Translations under genes and position numbers: made by a program | Part shown: in pieces, positions 32,951 to 45,230 of the stretch | How positions within the stretch are numbered: position 1 is the first letter of the stretch | Layout of the letters: every line of letters starts with the position of its first letter | NCBI GenBank assembly: GCA_040285825.1 | Contig: JAUPSS010000006.1 | Span: 124,001 to 188,000 of the forward strand | Length of the DNA stretch: 64,000 bases | Direction: 5' to 3' | Source: Eukaryota sp. TZLM1-RC | Lineage: Eukaryota; Protista; Metamonada: BaSk clade | Notes under the pieces: generated by a model | Told to the model about the DNA's origin: nothing | Databases searched by the model: none | What the model saw: only the letters and a program-made list of their open reading frames with translations

Positions 32951-34309
32951 TCCGTCTAACATTAATTCAATTTTGTATCTGATTTGAACTTTTTTTGATG
33001 CTGAATGAAAAGCAGGGCGAGAAATATTCTAGTAATTTTTGTAATTTTATTATATTTGAGTTTGAAACTTTTGATACTAATTTTACTTGGTCTTGTCCAT
33101 TCACATCCGTTTGCTATTAATTGCTTCCTGAAGTTAGTTTTATATCATTGTTTGATTATCTTGTTCAAAAACGTTTATTTGGCGGAGCATTTACCGAATA
33201 AATCACACTTAATTTCGGCAATTCATCTGCCTTATTTTTATTATTATTATTATATATTCCAATGAGATCACTGCCCAGACAAAACAACACAATCATGGAT
33301 GTTTCTCCAACATATATTGATATATTTAGGAGCATAAGGGTTACATAATGGTTGAATTCAGCAAATACATTAATCACGAGTTAATAATAATTTACATCAA
33401 AAATAGACAAAAATAGGGATGAGTTGCATGAGTACATCAAAGTTCTTAGTCACACACAATTTCAGTGTTTTAATTTCAGTTTTTCAACTAAGAGAATTTG
33501 GTTTTGCTCCAAATGCCAATAAATTTTATAACAATTATATTAATTTTAAAATTTTCCTCACGTAACCCAAATGAACACGTGTTCATGAACACGGGGACAT
33601 TGAAAATTTTAAGTCGAGTGTTGTGATTTCTCAATTTTGGGAATGAAAAATCAAATAAAGGTAACAAAAAACAACAGTGGGAAATATTTTTCACAAGACT
33701 GTTTTTGGGAAAATTTGCACTAACAAAAACAAGTGTAACTAGCTTTTAACACTAGTGAATCGTGGCTGATCAGTATAGTCCTCCTCAATGACAGTGAACC
33801 ACGTCCATGAACCCTGCTCCATACGTTGAAACCTCATAACAAGACTGTCATCTGAAATACACCAATTGAGCTTGTTGTCCGGTTTAGGCATATATTGCCA
33901 CATTGTACAACAAACGGCATCAATTATGTCACTTGTAGAGGTTTCCGCAGCACGTTATCTGACAGCAGTCTTTCCTTTCTACGAAAATGATAAACCAACA
34001 GGCGCATGATTCAAGTGAAAATCCACTCCAGCCAAAGGTCAATCAATTAGTAACTATTTGGCCACATGTCCAGAGATAAGGGGATTTATAAATCGACATC
34101 AATGGTTTAACTCTACAATGAGCAGAGTTTCATCTTGATAACTTTATTATTTTTCTGTACATACATTTGCTAATGGGAGCTCGTTCTGAAGTTATCATTC
34201 GAAGAAGAATCCTTACTGTGGTCAGGACACAAGTATGTTTTTTTTAATTTGCATGTTCATTTGTTCTGTTTCTACAATACTTACAGTAATGGAATACAAT
34301 ACAGGAAAA

Positions 34310-34400
34310 CCAAGAAATTGCATTTCTGCATCCACCAATAAAAGCACACGAAGTAAGAATAGAAGCCTCCATCCAACCTAAACCGCCATAATGTGAACAT
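34310..34400 (-). mobile_element. Internal CRE-like fragment
   Basis: Matches 61060-61140 (HYGGLGW..ASILTSCAFIGGCRNA). Confidence 0.7.
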
Positions 34401-35040
34401 AATTTATACAATTTTTTGAAATCTAAAAGTATTCTTTGGAAAACAATTCTTCAATTGATTGGGTAAATGAAAAAGAACCAAAGGAAGGAGTTTCAGCTAG
34501 ACTGACTCGCCCAAATTTGTTAGAATATAAAAACAGGCGATTTTAAACTGTTTTTACAACGAGTTTCGGGTTGGATAAATCAATCATCAATCAATCTCCA
34601 TCAATTAAAGACGTTTCGAACAAATATGTGGCGAAATGTGTCGGAATATGTCGGCTTATGCAATAAATCAAGATTGAAAACGATAAACAAACCATTTTAT
34701 AGTAATTCACCATTAGTTGGAGGTACAATCATTGTGAGAAATTTTCAAAGTACTTTTGCCCACACAAGGGTAACAGTTGTGAAATCCATAATATTTTGGT
34801 TGGAATCATCAAATAGTTTATAAAAATCACCACATAAATCACCCTTAATCATTGAAGAAAAGTTGGTGATTCTGATCATTAGGGTTGAATTGACAAGTGA
34901 TAAACTGGAAATATTTGGTAAATAATTGCTGGTTTTATTGTTAAAATATAAAGAAATTGAAAGAACAAATTTATCAATTGAATAAAACAATATTTAAAAA
35001 AACGAAATAATTCAAATTAAACCTAAAAAAGTCAAGTTTA

Positions 35041-36936
35041 TTAGTCATCCCTTCCAGAAACCCAAACTATTGAATTTGCTAGCAATAAATGACCATCTGT
35101 GGAGCTTTTCCATCCACCAAAAGGACCATCAGTACTATAACCATCTGAAACAAAATCTACCACTCTACTTTTGTTATATTCACTCTTCAACACCAAAGGA
35201 TTTCCATTCTTCAAGGTAGCAACTGTTTGAAATTCAGGGTTGATGGAAGTGTATTTTGCACCAAGCCTACAAGAAAAAGAGTTTACTGATTTCATAATTA
35301 AATCATTCTGGTTAGAGTTACCAAAATCAATGAAAGAGCCAAATGATTTCAAATCACTCAAACCCTTGAATGCTCCATATTTAAAGTCACCCTTGATGCG
35401 ACCTCCACTACTACTAAACAATACCAAACCCTTGCCAGCTTCTACTATTTGTTCTAGTAGTGTGGCTTGAATGTTTAAACCATTAGTATTGTACAAAACA
35501 ACATCAAAATTATCAATATTGTTTAAATTTGGTTCATCAGTAGAAGTAATTTGTACCTCAAGATTAGGCCAATTTTGCCTAAATCCTTTGTGAATTTTTT
35601 GGGTGATGTCATTATGAAATCTTGAATAAGCCCACAAACAAACCCTAATTAATGGTAAATTTGATTGAATTATTTGGTTTTTAAATTGCAATTCACTTCT
35701 TAATTCTTGAATTTGAGTGGTTAATTGGCTATTTAATTCATCTTTCTCACCTAATTGTTGATTTAAATTGGAATTATTTCTGGTTAATTCTTCAATTTGT
35801 TGATCTTTTTCACTAATAACATTTTCAATGTGTTCAGTTAATAAAGGAACAACAATTTCATTATTAAACTTACTAATTACCAAAACAAACTTTTCAATTG
35901 AATTAAATGGTTTAATAAATAATTCTTGAATTTCTTGTGGATTAAATAATTTTAAATCAAAACCATTTAAAATTTCACTAAATTGATCAATATTCCAATC
36001 AAAACAATTTAAATTCAAACAATTTAATAACCAAATGCATATTTTTTTGTTTTTTTAATTCTTTAAATACTTTAAAAGAATCAAAACTTAATTCCATAAC
36101 ATTTTCTTCAAGGTTTTGATTAATTAAAAAGATGATAAAAATGCTAAATGAATTTGCTTTTCATTAGCCATTTTCAAAACCCAAAAGAACCATTTAGGTG
36201 GAATTTGTGAATTATTTTTGAAATATTTAATAGAAAATTCAAACAAAAATTCATTAAATTGACTTTGCTGATAAAAAGAAAGAAAAACATCTTCATAAAG
36301 TTCTTCAATCTTCAATTCCTCAGAGTCAATCATACCAAGCAACTTTTCCACTTGACAATCAGACAAATTGTTCTTCTTCCAAGACCAAACCACAGACCTC
36401 ACCAACCACAAAGATTCAGCTTGCTGCTCTACCAAGCAAGAAAGAGACGCAAAAGCAAGAGAGAGTGGTTCCAAAATTGTTGAGTTAATGTAGGAACCAA
36501 TCTTTATTAAGAGTTTTTGGTCTTCATTAGCATCAGCATTGACTACAGCGGGAAGGAGCCATTCAGGGGATTGAAAGTGATCAGTTATGACCTGATCACA
36601 AGCCTCATTAATTGAATCTACCTCGAAAAACGAAGAGAGGTACCTGAAATGATAGAACGTTTCAGGAGTGAATTCGATGCTTCCTCCATAAAAGTAATCG
36701 ATGAAGATCTGGAGGGAGGAAGAAGAGACGGGAAGATGGTCGTAATCGCTTGTAGGGTCGTTAGAGTCTACCCAGTTGAGAGTGAAGAGCTTGTGATAGT
36801 ACTTGGAGTAGAGTACCAAAAGAGCACGATGAACAGCAAACTCTTCACCGTTGAATCGAAGGGTATAGTCACGGAGATGAGGGCTGTTACGGAGGTCTGT
36901 GAGGATCTGTGAAGGTGGGAGAGATACGTTGAGCAT
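35041..36936 (-). CDS. BTB - helical/coiled-coil - class I glutamine amidotransferase-like domain protein; apparent compensating homopolymer frameshifts at ~36030-36130
   Basis: BTB motif DYTLRFNGEEFAVHRALLVLYSKYY; C-domain FDVVLY..IVEAGKGLVLF..NGNPLV..TDGHLLLANSIVWV. The two ORFs share one frame and are separated by 3 TAA codons between T and A runs. Confidence 0.7.
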
Positions 36937-36989
36937 TGTATGAGTGAAGTTGGTTTGGATTTGAATCGAGAAATTTGTAGAAACTAAAT

Positions 36990-37430
36990 ATGTTTGCAAA
37001 AATTCTGCTGCTCGATGTGTGTATTCCGCTGAATCGCTGTTATCTAGCGCCGAAAAACAGAAGATAAAGAAATATGAAGAACCTTTGGCTCAGTGAGGTA
37101 GAGTGGAACATGTGAAATATCAGTTTGTGCCGTTTGCAATTTCTCTTTTTGTCAATATTGGACCTTTAGGCTTGCACTTTTTTGAAAATTTTAAAAAAGT
37201 GTTACTGAATAGGTCTGGTAAAACAATGAACTCCACTTTCTGGATAAATAGAATTGTTTCTTGCATTTTCAAGTCTATTCCAACAATGATTTCAAAGGCA
37301 CTTTTAGCTATTGGTGTAGAATATGAACGTAATGCTGTGAGTAGGTTCGGTAATAGTGACGCTTGTTTGGAGGATATTGAATTCTAGATGGGTTTTTTTA
37401 TCTCAACAAATATTCCAATTTTAAAAAAAA
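36990..37430 (+). mobile_element. Severely 5'-truncated CRE-like copy
   Basis: Closely similar to 44395-44810 (reverse complement); motifs AEKQKIKKYEEPL, FVPFAISLF, FWINRIV. Confidence 0.85.
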
Positions 37431-38142
37431 TAAAGCAACACATTGAACATCGTCTAATCAATTAGTTTGGTTAATTTTTATACAATTTGTCATACTTATA
37501 GGAAGAACACATTCAAAAATCAACAACAACACCATCACAATAATGAAGTTCTTTTTTGATACTGGATATAAGTCGCATGCCTGAAAGGCTGGTTTGGTTG
37601 ATTAGTGAAACCATATTCGCAAGGAATTGAATAATTGGATTCAGGGATGAATTACCACTACTGGAATTGGTCAATGCAAGTAGTAAACCCTAAAGCAATC
37701 ACACAAAGTAACATTCAAGTTTAACAAAATATATGTTTAGAATGACACGCTTTGATAATAAACAACAATAGACAAAAAAGAGAGGGAGATAGTGTATATG
37801 TAAAGTTTGTTGATGGAAATCCACAGTCTGTCCATTATTCTTTTATTTTTTCCTATTCAACAAAAGGTTAACTACACAAATGAGGTCAGCATTACCACCT
37901 TTTTTAAACTTCATGTCAAGCTAAAGTTTTTACCATTTTCCATTCACTTGTTTAGTGATTTTGAATTATATTTATATATTCTATTGATATTTATTGAACA
38001 TGTTGATGAAGCTAAGAGCAACTGAGAGTAGAGAAGCTTAAGCAAGACTGTGAATATACTATGTACTAATTCAATTTAGTTGAAAAGGTTCATTAACAGA
38101 TACTCAAACAAGTCATAATCACACACAAATACATCAAATGCA

Positions 38143-41100
38143 ATGAGCACATCCACCCTCTTCTCTCTCAGTTATGAGGAGCTTCTCTCCCGTCTCAAAT
38201 CCCTTTCTGATCATGCTTCTACTCTCAAGTCCAAGTTTGAAGTTGAGAACATTTCCACCTCAGACATTGAAATCATTGACATGGACAACATCCAGTCTCA
38301 ACTCACTGACTTTCTCTCTTCTTCCCACAACATACCCACCAAAACTCTCACTAATCCTACTCACCCACCACCTTTCGTCACTTCTCTCAAAACCCAGCTA
38401 GATTCACTCGTCCCCTCATCCACTTCTTCTCTCCTTACTGTATCGAAAAGTCTATTGCAAAACTACTTGGCCAACCTTCAACACTATCATCACCTCCTCT
38501 CACATCGTCTCTCCCTCCTCTCCACGTGTTCCATGTCTCCTTCTTTACGCAAACAGTCTGAGTTGATTTTAACGGATTCCCTGCACGAGAATATTTCACT
38601 TCAATCTACCACCACTGATCTAATTTCATCATTGAACACCAACCCTAACCCTAACACTAACCCTAATCCTAACCTTCTGCCCTCTCTACTCCTTGCTTGT
38701 GAAATTTTAAATGAAGACTTTGTTGGTAAAAGGTTTACAAGATTTATTAAACCATCTGTAGAAGTAGTTAAACATCTAGACTGTAACTCTGTAGGGCTGA
38801 GGGGTGAGGTGCTACTAAATCAGGTAACAGTCAAGAACTCATCAATGTTTGAGGATTTTTCGTGGGAGTCGGAATTACACACTTTGTGTCAGGTTTTTGG
38901 TTATAAAGTTGATTTTGACACGTCATCAGATCAAAATGACACGTCATCATTTGATTGTTTGACAGAAGATCAGTTATATTTTGAAATCGAAAAGTTGCTA
39001 CCATTAGTTTTACCGTTTCAGGTATCATTTTTCAATCAAACCGCCAATCAAAGTGAGAATGATGATGAAAATCAGTTTGTGTTGATTGACGGTCATGACG
39101 TTGATTTTGAACCCTTTTTTGACCCTATTGAACCCATTTTGATTGGAAATCCTATCAATTTCAACTTGTATTCTGATGATAACTCCCCAAATTCTTTCAT
39201 AAATTCACCCTCAATTGTTTTTAAAAGTGAATTAAAAACTTTAAAATGTAGTCATTATTCAGTGTTAATGAATAGATTTAGAAAAACAACAACACTGTCA
39301 CGCAATGTTTCACTCAAATCTGTACTGAGCTCTTCTCTAATCTCTTCTAGTCAGCTTCCTAGTGGGGATCAGGAGAGTTGTCAAAACATCACTGACAAGC
39401 AGAATCGCAAATTTTTCTGTTTTTTGACACTTCGACATTTGAGTTTGATCTCTACTCGAGTCAACATGATCTCTATTCTAAATATTATGATATATTACAA
39501 AATATTCTGCTCTTCAATCGTCAATTCGTCTCCGTGTGAATACAAACTGGTCAACATTTCTGATGAATTTCTAATCAACTTGTACAAAAAGTTGAACCCA
39601 AATTCAAAGGAACCACCAGATGTGAATTTGTTACATAATCTTGTCCCGGTCAAATACATGGTTCAAAATTCGACCAATCATTACGTGATTTTCAAGGAAA
39701 GTTTTGAGCTTTTGGAGAAGCTTGAAAAAAGAATTGTTGATGTTGCTTTTAATTCTTATTATTCCAATTTTGATGATATTGTGGATGACGTCACCCAGTC
39801 ACATTCAACGGAAACTGATGCGTTGGCAGTGTTTTCAGGATGTTACAAAGCCGAAGCTCTACATTTAGAATCTTTATTCAAGTTTATTTCACTCTTAATC
39901 ACACTAATTTCCCATTCAGATCACTCCAACAAGGTCAAAATCACACGTCAAGTCGTGCAAAGTCTTGATCATTTCTTCTCTGATTCTTTTAAAATTAATT
40001 CTTTAAATTGCTATTCTCTTTCTATTATCATTAATGAGTTGATTAGCTCTTCTATTGCAACGGTATTTGGTGGTGCTATAGTTGATTATACCTATCAAAA
40101 TTCTTCAAAAGTTCCTAATTTTGACCTCTTGCCGACCGCCATGTTGCCAAAAATAGAAGGGGTCAATATCCCTAATGTTTTTGAGTTTCCGGTCAATCAG
40201 TTTCTACAATCAAGCACAATCAATCAAATTATTGAACTTTTTCCATCAATCAATTCAGTGGTTTCCTTTTTCACTTTAACCCACAGGCCGACCAGTAACT
40301 CAGCTTTTTTAGCATTAAAAGCTGGTTCTTTGCAATGTGTGTATTCCTCGATTAAATCTGGAATTAATGATTTTACCAATTTATTAAAGCAATCTAGCAA
40401 CCCTGACCCCAACCCTAATTCTGATGTTTTACATTTAATTTCGGACTTTTTATCACCATGTTTTGAATCAGTCAATTTCAAAAATGAATTAAATTTATTA
40501 ATAAACGATCCTGCGTTAGAAACTATCGACATTTCCATGTTAAAATCGACAGCTGACACGTCATTGTTCGACAATGATTGTGCAATCAGAGTCTGTTTGA
40601 ATCTTGTTGACTTTTTTCAATGTTATGACCGACTATTAGACCTTTATTTAGGCAACCGATTGTCCATTCTGGCTCATTCCCATCAATTAAAATATGTCGG
40701 CAAAATATTTGAACCAGACACAGTCAAGTTGATTCCAATTGACTCTCCAAAATTTCATGATCAGCCGGAGCCTATTGAGTCTGAGGATTTTTCTTTGTTA
40801 TTGGACCCTCCAGATGAGGAAACTATCCAAGTTGAGTGGTTTTCTCTTGCTTATACAGAAGTTTCGTTTTCACTTGAACCAGAATTATTGTCAAAAGGGA
40901 TCAGAAAGGTAGTCACTGGGAGCGCTATTCGAAATATTCATCGTGTCACCAGGTTAGAATTTGGCAGAAATTGCCTATTGAATTCCATCATATTGCAAAA
41001 CGCCCCTCTGGTGAATTTTCTAACACACAAGCTTCAAAACTTCAAAAAGAGCTCACAAGGAGATCAACAAACACGTAAGGAAAGATTACTTCAAATGGCC

Positions 41101-43836
41101 AATTTAGCTCCTCTATTCTCTTCTTTTTTGACATTTCGAGTGGATTTGCGTCGTTCTCTGAGGACTAGGTTTGTCCGAATGTGCTCAAATACAGAAACTT
41201 CTATCCTACCCCACACACCGGAGGCGGTCGCGTCATCAGGTCAAAATTCACCATTTTCTGTAACTTTCTCGGAAGGTTTGGTGGCTGAAATGGGAGATTC
41301 TTATGCCAAAATTATGGTTAATGAAGCTTTGCCCTTGTTTACTAGGTACGCAATAATACTAACTACTCAAATAGGATTTGATGGGATTGGTAATTTATGG
41401 GAGGAGCTCAAAAATCAGCTCAAAAATGAATATGGTGACGTGTTGGTGACGTCATCTGATTCTGGGTTGGAGATCAAGAATCCAATTATTTTACCTACAG
41501 TGTTTGAAATTTTGAAATTTTCACGTGAAGAAACCACCAGCTCAGCATTAGATCAACTTTCTCTAATTTTCAACACTCTAAATTCCACAATTTCGTGCAT
41601 TCAACATGAAATTCTCTCAATTTACCTCAATTCAAACACAAATTCCCTCGCCAACATGCTCACTGATTCAGATTTTGTTGAAGTATTATTTCGTGATTTA
41701 CTATTTTTTATTAAATCTACTTTAAGTAAGGATGGAGATTTGACTGAAAACATTTGCTTAACTGATGATTTGAAACGTTATAGACTTTTGGCGTTATTGA
41801 GGACGGTGCTGACGTCATCAAAACAACGAAAAGGAAAGAAGGAACCAATCAAAATGATGGAGAGGTTATTAACCCAGTCATTTCATCAATCAAACCACGT
41901 TTTTGATTACGTTACGGGATCCTATTTTGATAGATGGAGAATTTTTAATTTTTTCTATTCCCAAAAAGGACCATTACGAGCGTTGACTTCTGCAGAATTC
42001 ACAGCAATTAGTCTTAAAAGTCAAGAATTTTCAAATGATTTGGATGAATTAAATTCTTATTTTGAAGTTTATGTCAGTTGGTTCATATCCAAAACATTGA
42101 AAAATTTAATAAACGACCATGTTGACTTTGATGATGCAACTCTTTTTTCCAATCAAAAAGAGTTGTTATCACGTGCCTTTTTGAGCTCTTTATTGAGCGA
42201 GTACAAGACGAAATTAGACCGAGTATTGGAGAATAAGGTTTCAACTCAAAATTCCCCAAATTCTGTTGTTCCAGTGGCTAATTTCCAGCAGGAGCTCATA
42301 AATAGTTCAAAATTCTTGACTATTGAAGACTTTCACGTGCTTGAATACGCAACTCAGATTTCTGGACTCAATTCAATCAAAAATTTGATTGATCCTGCTG
42401 ATCCTCAGTCAAGATTAGTCGTTGTTCCTGAAAATCTGGTAACTGAATTGATAAATCACCTATCAGAAAACGTAAGTGAATGGAAGTCTTCAGAAGTCAC
42501 TCAACTTTATGATCTGAACAGGTCATTAGTCACAAATTTTGAACAGCGCGAGTTACAGTTGCAAAATCAACAAAAGTCATTATCAAATTTGATTGATACG
42601 GTCAATAATCAGGTTGATGTTTTGGCAAGTACTAAATTGACTGACACTACTTTTGAATTACTACTTGAAAATGACCTTCTTCGACATCAATATAGGCAAC
42701 TAGAACAATCAGTGACGTCACTTGAGAAGAAAATCAGAGAAAAAGTCTTGAAAAGTCTTGGTGATGAAATCGAAGGTTATAAAGAATCGATTGAAAAGTT
42801 GACTTTTAAATTAAAGGAAGCCAAAGTAGAATCACAAGATAAACTAGAAAAAGCTCTTTTGGATACTCGAAGTGAAGCTTTGAAATCATTAGCCTCTTCT
42901 CAAACAATTACCAATCAATCAATCAAAAATCATGTCATGAAAACTGCTGGGGATGCTGAAAAATTATCAAATTTGACTGAGGAAGTTCAGTCATTGAAGA
43001 AAACTATTGAAAAATTAAAGTTTTTTCACCGGTTACATCAGTCGAGCCACAGTAACCAATTGACTCAGGAAATCAACTCTCTGCGTCAGGAAAACGAAAT
43101 TTTAAAAGAAGAGCTCGCCACTAGCTCAAATAGAGCAACATCAAGAGAAGACATGCTGAGATCAAAAATTTCGGATTTGCAAAAACAACTTTCTTTATCA
43201 AAAACTGAAGTTGAATCAATTTCACGAATGTCAAAACAAGCAGAAGACTTAAAGGAAAAATTCCTACGACAGCGAATCATTGCTACCAGAAAAGTACAAG
43301 ATTTAGAAAAAACACTTGCTCAAACAAGAGGTGGATACGATTCTGCTGATATTGCTGTTTTGAAGAAGGAATTGAGTGAGTTGAGGGAGGAAAAGCATAA
43401 GAGGCAGTTACAAGATACCAGAGCTTCTCCTGCTTCTAGTTCAAAATTAGAAAAAGAAGTTACGAGACTCAGAAGAATTTTGGAGAATGAGCGTTCTGTC
43501 AAACGTGATTTGATGGTTAAAATTGAAGAATTAAAAAGCTCAACCGAGTATTCACACGATAATTGTATTTCAAAGAACAGCTATGATGCTTTGCTTGAAG
43601 AAAACAAGACATTGCGAAAAGCACTTTCCTCCTTAGATCACAGTAGGACTCCTTTTGCTTCTTCTCCGATTTCTGAAACACCTTCAGGTGAAGTCAATTC
43701 TAGAGGTTCAATTGATAGTCCTTACATTGCTGCAACTCCTTATTTGGCAAGGTCTTCTCCAGTAGCGAGTTCGCCTTTTTCTAGGTCAAAGAGTAAGTCG
43801 AGACCAAATACGGCAACCAGGAAGGGGTTTGATTAA
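38143..43836 (+). CDS. Large (1897 aa) helical protein with C-terminal coiled coil; resembles CCDC162/DUF4549 family
   Basis: Uninterrupted 5.7-kb ORF with long heptad region. Segments LTDTTFELLLENDLLR and LENERSVKRDLMVKIEEL recall CCDC162 (from memory, unverified). Confidence 0.75.
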   Translation: MSTSTLFSLSYEELLSRLKSLSDHASTLKSKFEVENISTSDIEIIDMDNIQSQLTDFLSSSHNIPTKTLTNPTHPPPFVTSLKTQLDSLVPSSTSSLLTVSKSLLQNYLANLQHYHHLLSHRLSLLSTCSMSPSLRKQSELILTDSLHENISLQSTTTDLISSLNTNPNPNTNPNPNLLPSLLLACEILNEDFVGKRFTRFIKPSVEVVKHLDCNSVGLRGEVLLNQVTVKNSSMFEDFSWESELHTLCQVFGYKVDFDTSSDQNDTSSFDCLTEDQLYFEIEKLLPLVLPFQVSFFNQTANQSENDDENQFVLIDGHDVDFEPFFDPIEPILIGNPINFNLYSDDNSPNSFINSPSIVFKSELKTLKCSHYSVLMNRFRKTTTLSRNVSLKSVLSSSLISSSQLPSGDQESCQNITDKQNRKFFCFLTLRHLSLISTRVNMISILNIMIYYKIFCSSIVNSSPCEYKLVNISDEFLINLYKKLNPNSKEPPDVNLLHNLVPVKYMVQNSTNHYVIFKESFELLEKLEKRIVDVAFNSYYSNFDDIVDDVTQSHSTETDALAVFSGCYKAEALHLESLFKFISLLITLISHSDHSNKVKITRQVVQSLDHFFSDSFKINSLNCYSLSIIINELISSSIATVFGGAIVDYTYQNSSKVPNFDLLPTAMLPKIEGVNIPNVFEFPVNQFLQSSTINQIIELFPSINSVVSFFTLTHRPTSNSAFLALKAGSLQCVYSSIKSGINDFTNLLKQSSNPDPNPNSDVLHLISDFLSPCFESVNFKNELNLLINDPALETIDISMLKSTADTSLFDNDCAIRVCLNLVDFFQCYDRLLDLYLGNRLSILAHSHQLKYVGKIFEPDTVKLIPIDSPKFHDQPEPIESEDFSLLLDPPDEETIQVEWFSLAYTEVSFSLEPELLSKGIRKVVTGSAIRNIHRVTRLEFGRNCLLNSIILQNAPLVNFLTHKLQNFKKSSQGDQQTRKERLLQMANLAPLFSSFLTFRVDLRRSLRTRFVRMCSNTETSILPHTPEAVASSGQNSPFSVTFSEGLVAEMGDSYAKIMVNEALPLFTRYAIILTTQIGFDGIGNLWEELKNQLKNEYGDVLVTSSDSGLEIKNPIILPTVFEILKFSREETTSSALDQLSLIFNTLNSTISCIQHEILSIYLNSNTNSLANMLTDSDFVEVLFRDLLFFIKSTLSKDGDLTENICLTDDLKRYRLLALLRTVLTSSKQRKGKKEPIKMMERLLTQSFHQSNHVFDYVTGSYFDRWRIFNFFYSQKGPLRALTSAEFTAISLKSQEFSNDLDELNSYFEVYVSWFISKTLKNLINDHVDFDDATLFSNQKELLSRAFLSSLLSEYKTKLDRVLENKVSTQNSPNSVVPVANFQQELINSSKFLTIEDFHVLEYATQISGLNSIKNLIDPADPQSRLVVVPENLVTELINHLSENVSEWKSSEVTQLYDLNRSLVTNFEQRELQLQNQQKSLSNLIDTVNNQVDVLASTKLTDTTFELLLENDLLRHQYRQLEQSVTSLEKKIREKVLKSLGDEIEGYKESIEKLTFKLKEAKVESQDKLEKALLDTRSEALKSLASSQTITNQSIKNHVMKTAGDAEKLSNLTEEVQSLKKTIEKLKFFHRLHQSSHSNQLTQEINSLRQENEILKEELATSSNRATSREDMLRSKISDLQKQLSLSKTEVESISRMSKQAEDLKEKFLRQRIIATRKVQDLEKTLAQTRGGYDSADIAVLKKELSELREEKHKRQLQDTRASPASSSKLEKEVTRLRRILENERSVKRDLMVKIEELKSSTEYSHDNCISKNSYDALLEENKTLRKALSSLDHSRTPFASSPISETPSGEVNSRGSIDSPYIAATPYLARSSPVASSPFSRSKSKSRPNTATRKGFD
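38641..38675 (+). repeat. Telomere-like (AACCCT)n tract inside CDS, encoding NPNPNTNPNPN
   Basis: Sequence aaccctaaccctaacactaaccctaatcctaacct. Confidence 0.85.
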
Positions 43837-44389
43837 CATTTGATTGATTGGGTTTTGTCGGGTTATTAAAGTAAGTCTGGTCTTAAATAAATTGTATTTT
43901 TATATTGTGTTTTGCGAATATTTGAAGATTTTTTGTTTCTTTTATTTCATCAAAATTAAATTCTGGTGAAAAGGGAACGACGATTGCCAAAAAATAAATC
44001 ATTAATAAATAAATTTTGCTGAAACTTCTGAATTCTGTTGTCATTAAAATAGAATAATAATGAGTGAGTTTTGAGTAAATGACAATTCATTTTACAAAGC
44101 TTTTTTGCAAAGAATGATTTCTTTCCTTTGCACAACACAGATCCAATCGTTCAATACTCTTCTTCTTATAAAAGGTTTAGAGATGAAGATATAAGATTGA
44201 CGTATTTCGTTTTTTATGAAAGCTTATACCGAGTGCGAACCCGTAAACCTTTATTAACCTACTCACCACTTCTGCTGATAGGATGAGATTATGAAGGAAA
44301 TGAATGTTTGCGAAACACCCAAAAATAGTTTGGAGCTATTGATTTTTGTATCAGCTGTTATTCTTAATTAGTGATTTTTTTAACTGTAA

Positions 44390-45230
44390 TATTTATTGAG
44401 AAAAAAAACTATCTATAATTCAATATCCTCCTAACAAGCTTCATTATTACTAAACCTACTCACAGCATAACGTTTATATTCTACACCAATAGCTAAAAGC
44501 GACTTTGAAATCATTGTTGGAATAGACTTGAAAATGCAAAACACAATTCTATTTAACCAGAAAGTGGACTTCATTGTTTTTCCAGACCTATTCAGTAACA
44601 CCTTTTTGAAGTTTTCAAAAAGGTGCAACCCTGAAGGTCCAATATTGCCAAAAAGAAAAATTGCAAACAGCACAAACTGATATTTCACATGTTCCACTCT
44701 ACCTAACTATGCCAAAGGTTCTTCATATTTTTTTATCTTCTTTTTTTCGGCGTTAGATAACGGCGAATCAGCGGAATACACTAAACGAGTAGCAGAATTT
44801 TTGCAAACATCAACTGAGACAACATCTACAACATTGAGAACACCATCGATCCCTGAAGCTACTAAATCTGCCCTTCTTTGACCAAAGGAATCATCAGTTT
44901 GATATGAAGACAGCTTACGTACTAGTGGCTCAATAAATGCCTCTAAATTGAAACTTTTGCACATGGCATATAATTGATCACGAACTGAGTCATGAACAAT
45001 TGAGCGATAAGTTATAAAATACTTACAGTTTAAAATATGGGAAAGCGTAACAACACTCTTGCAGCGACAAATTAAATCATTTGGTAAAGAAGAAAACATC
45101 TCATTCTCATTGCAGCGGTCCATTGGTGATCATTGAGTAGAAGGCTATAAATGTTGGCAATTTGGGAGATTAGGCAACTTGAGCAACTGTCTTCAAGATC
45201 AATCAAAAAGTATTATTAAAAAGTTTTATA
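44390..45230 (-). mobile_element. 5'-truncated CRE-like copy
   Basis: Motifs CRC-x7-HILNC, YRSIVHDSVRDQL, EPLV, RRAD..DVVSVD and AEKKKIKKY. Confidence 0.85.

Noticed and set aside
33770-34200. GC-richer patch resembling a decayed gene
   Set aside because: Multiple stops in the frames I examined; could not assign.
36019-36126. Three in-frame TAA codons between two same-frame ORFs, suggesting stop-codon reassignment
   Set aside because: TAA terminates RPL30 and several other genes here, and long ORFs lack internal TAA. Compensating indels in T/A homopolymers explain it.
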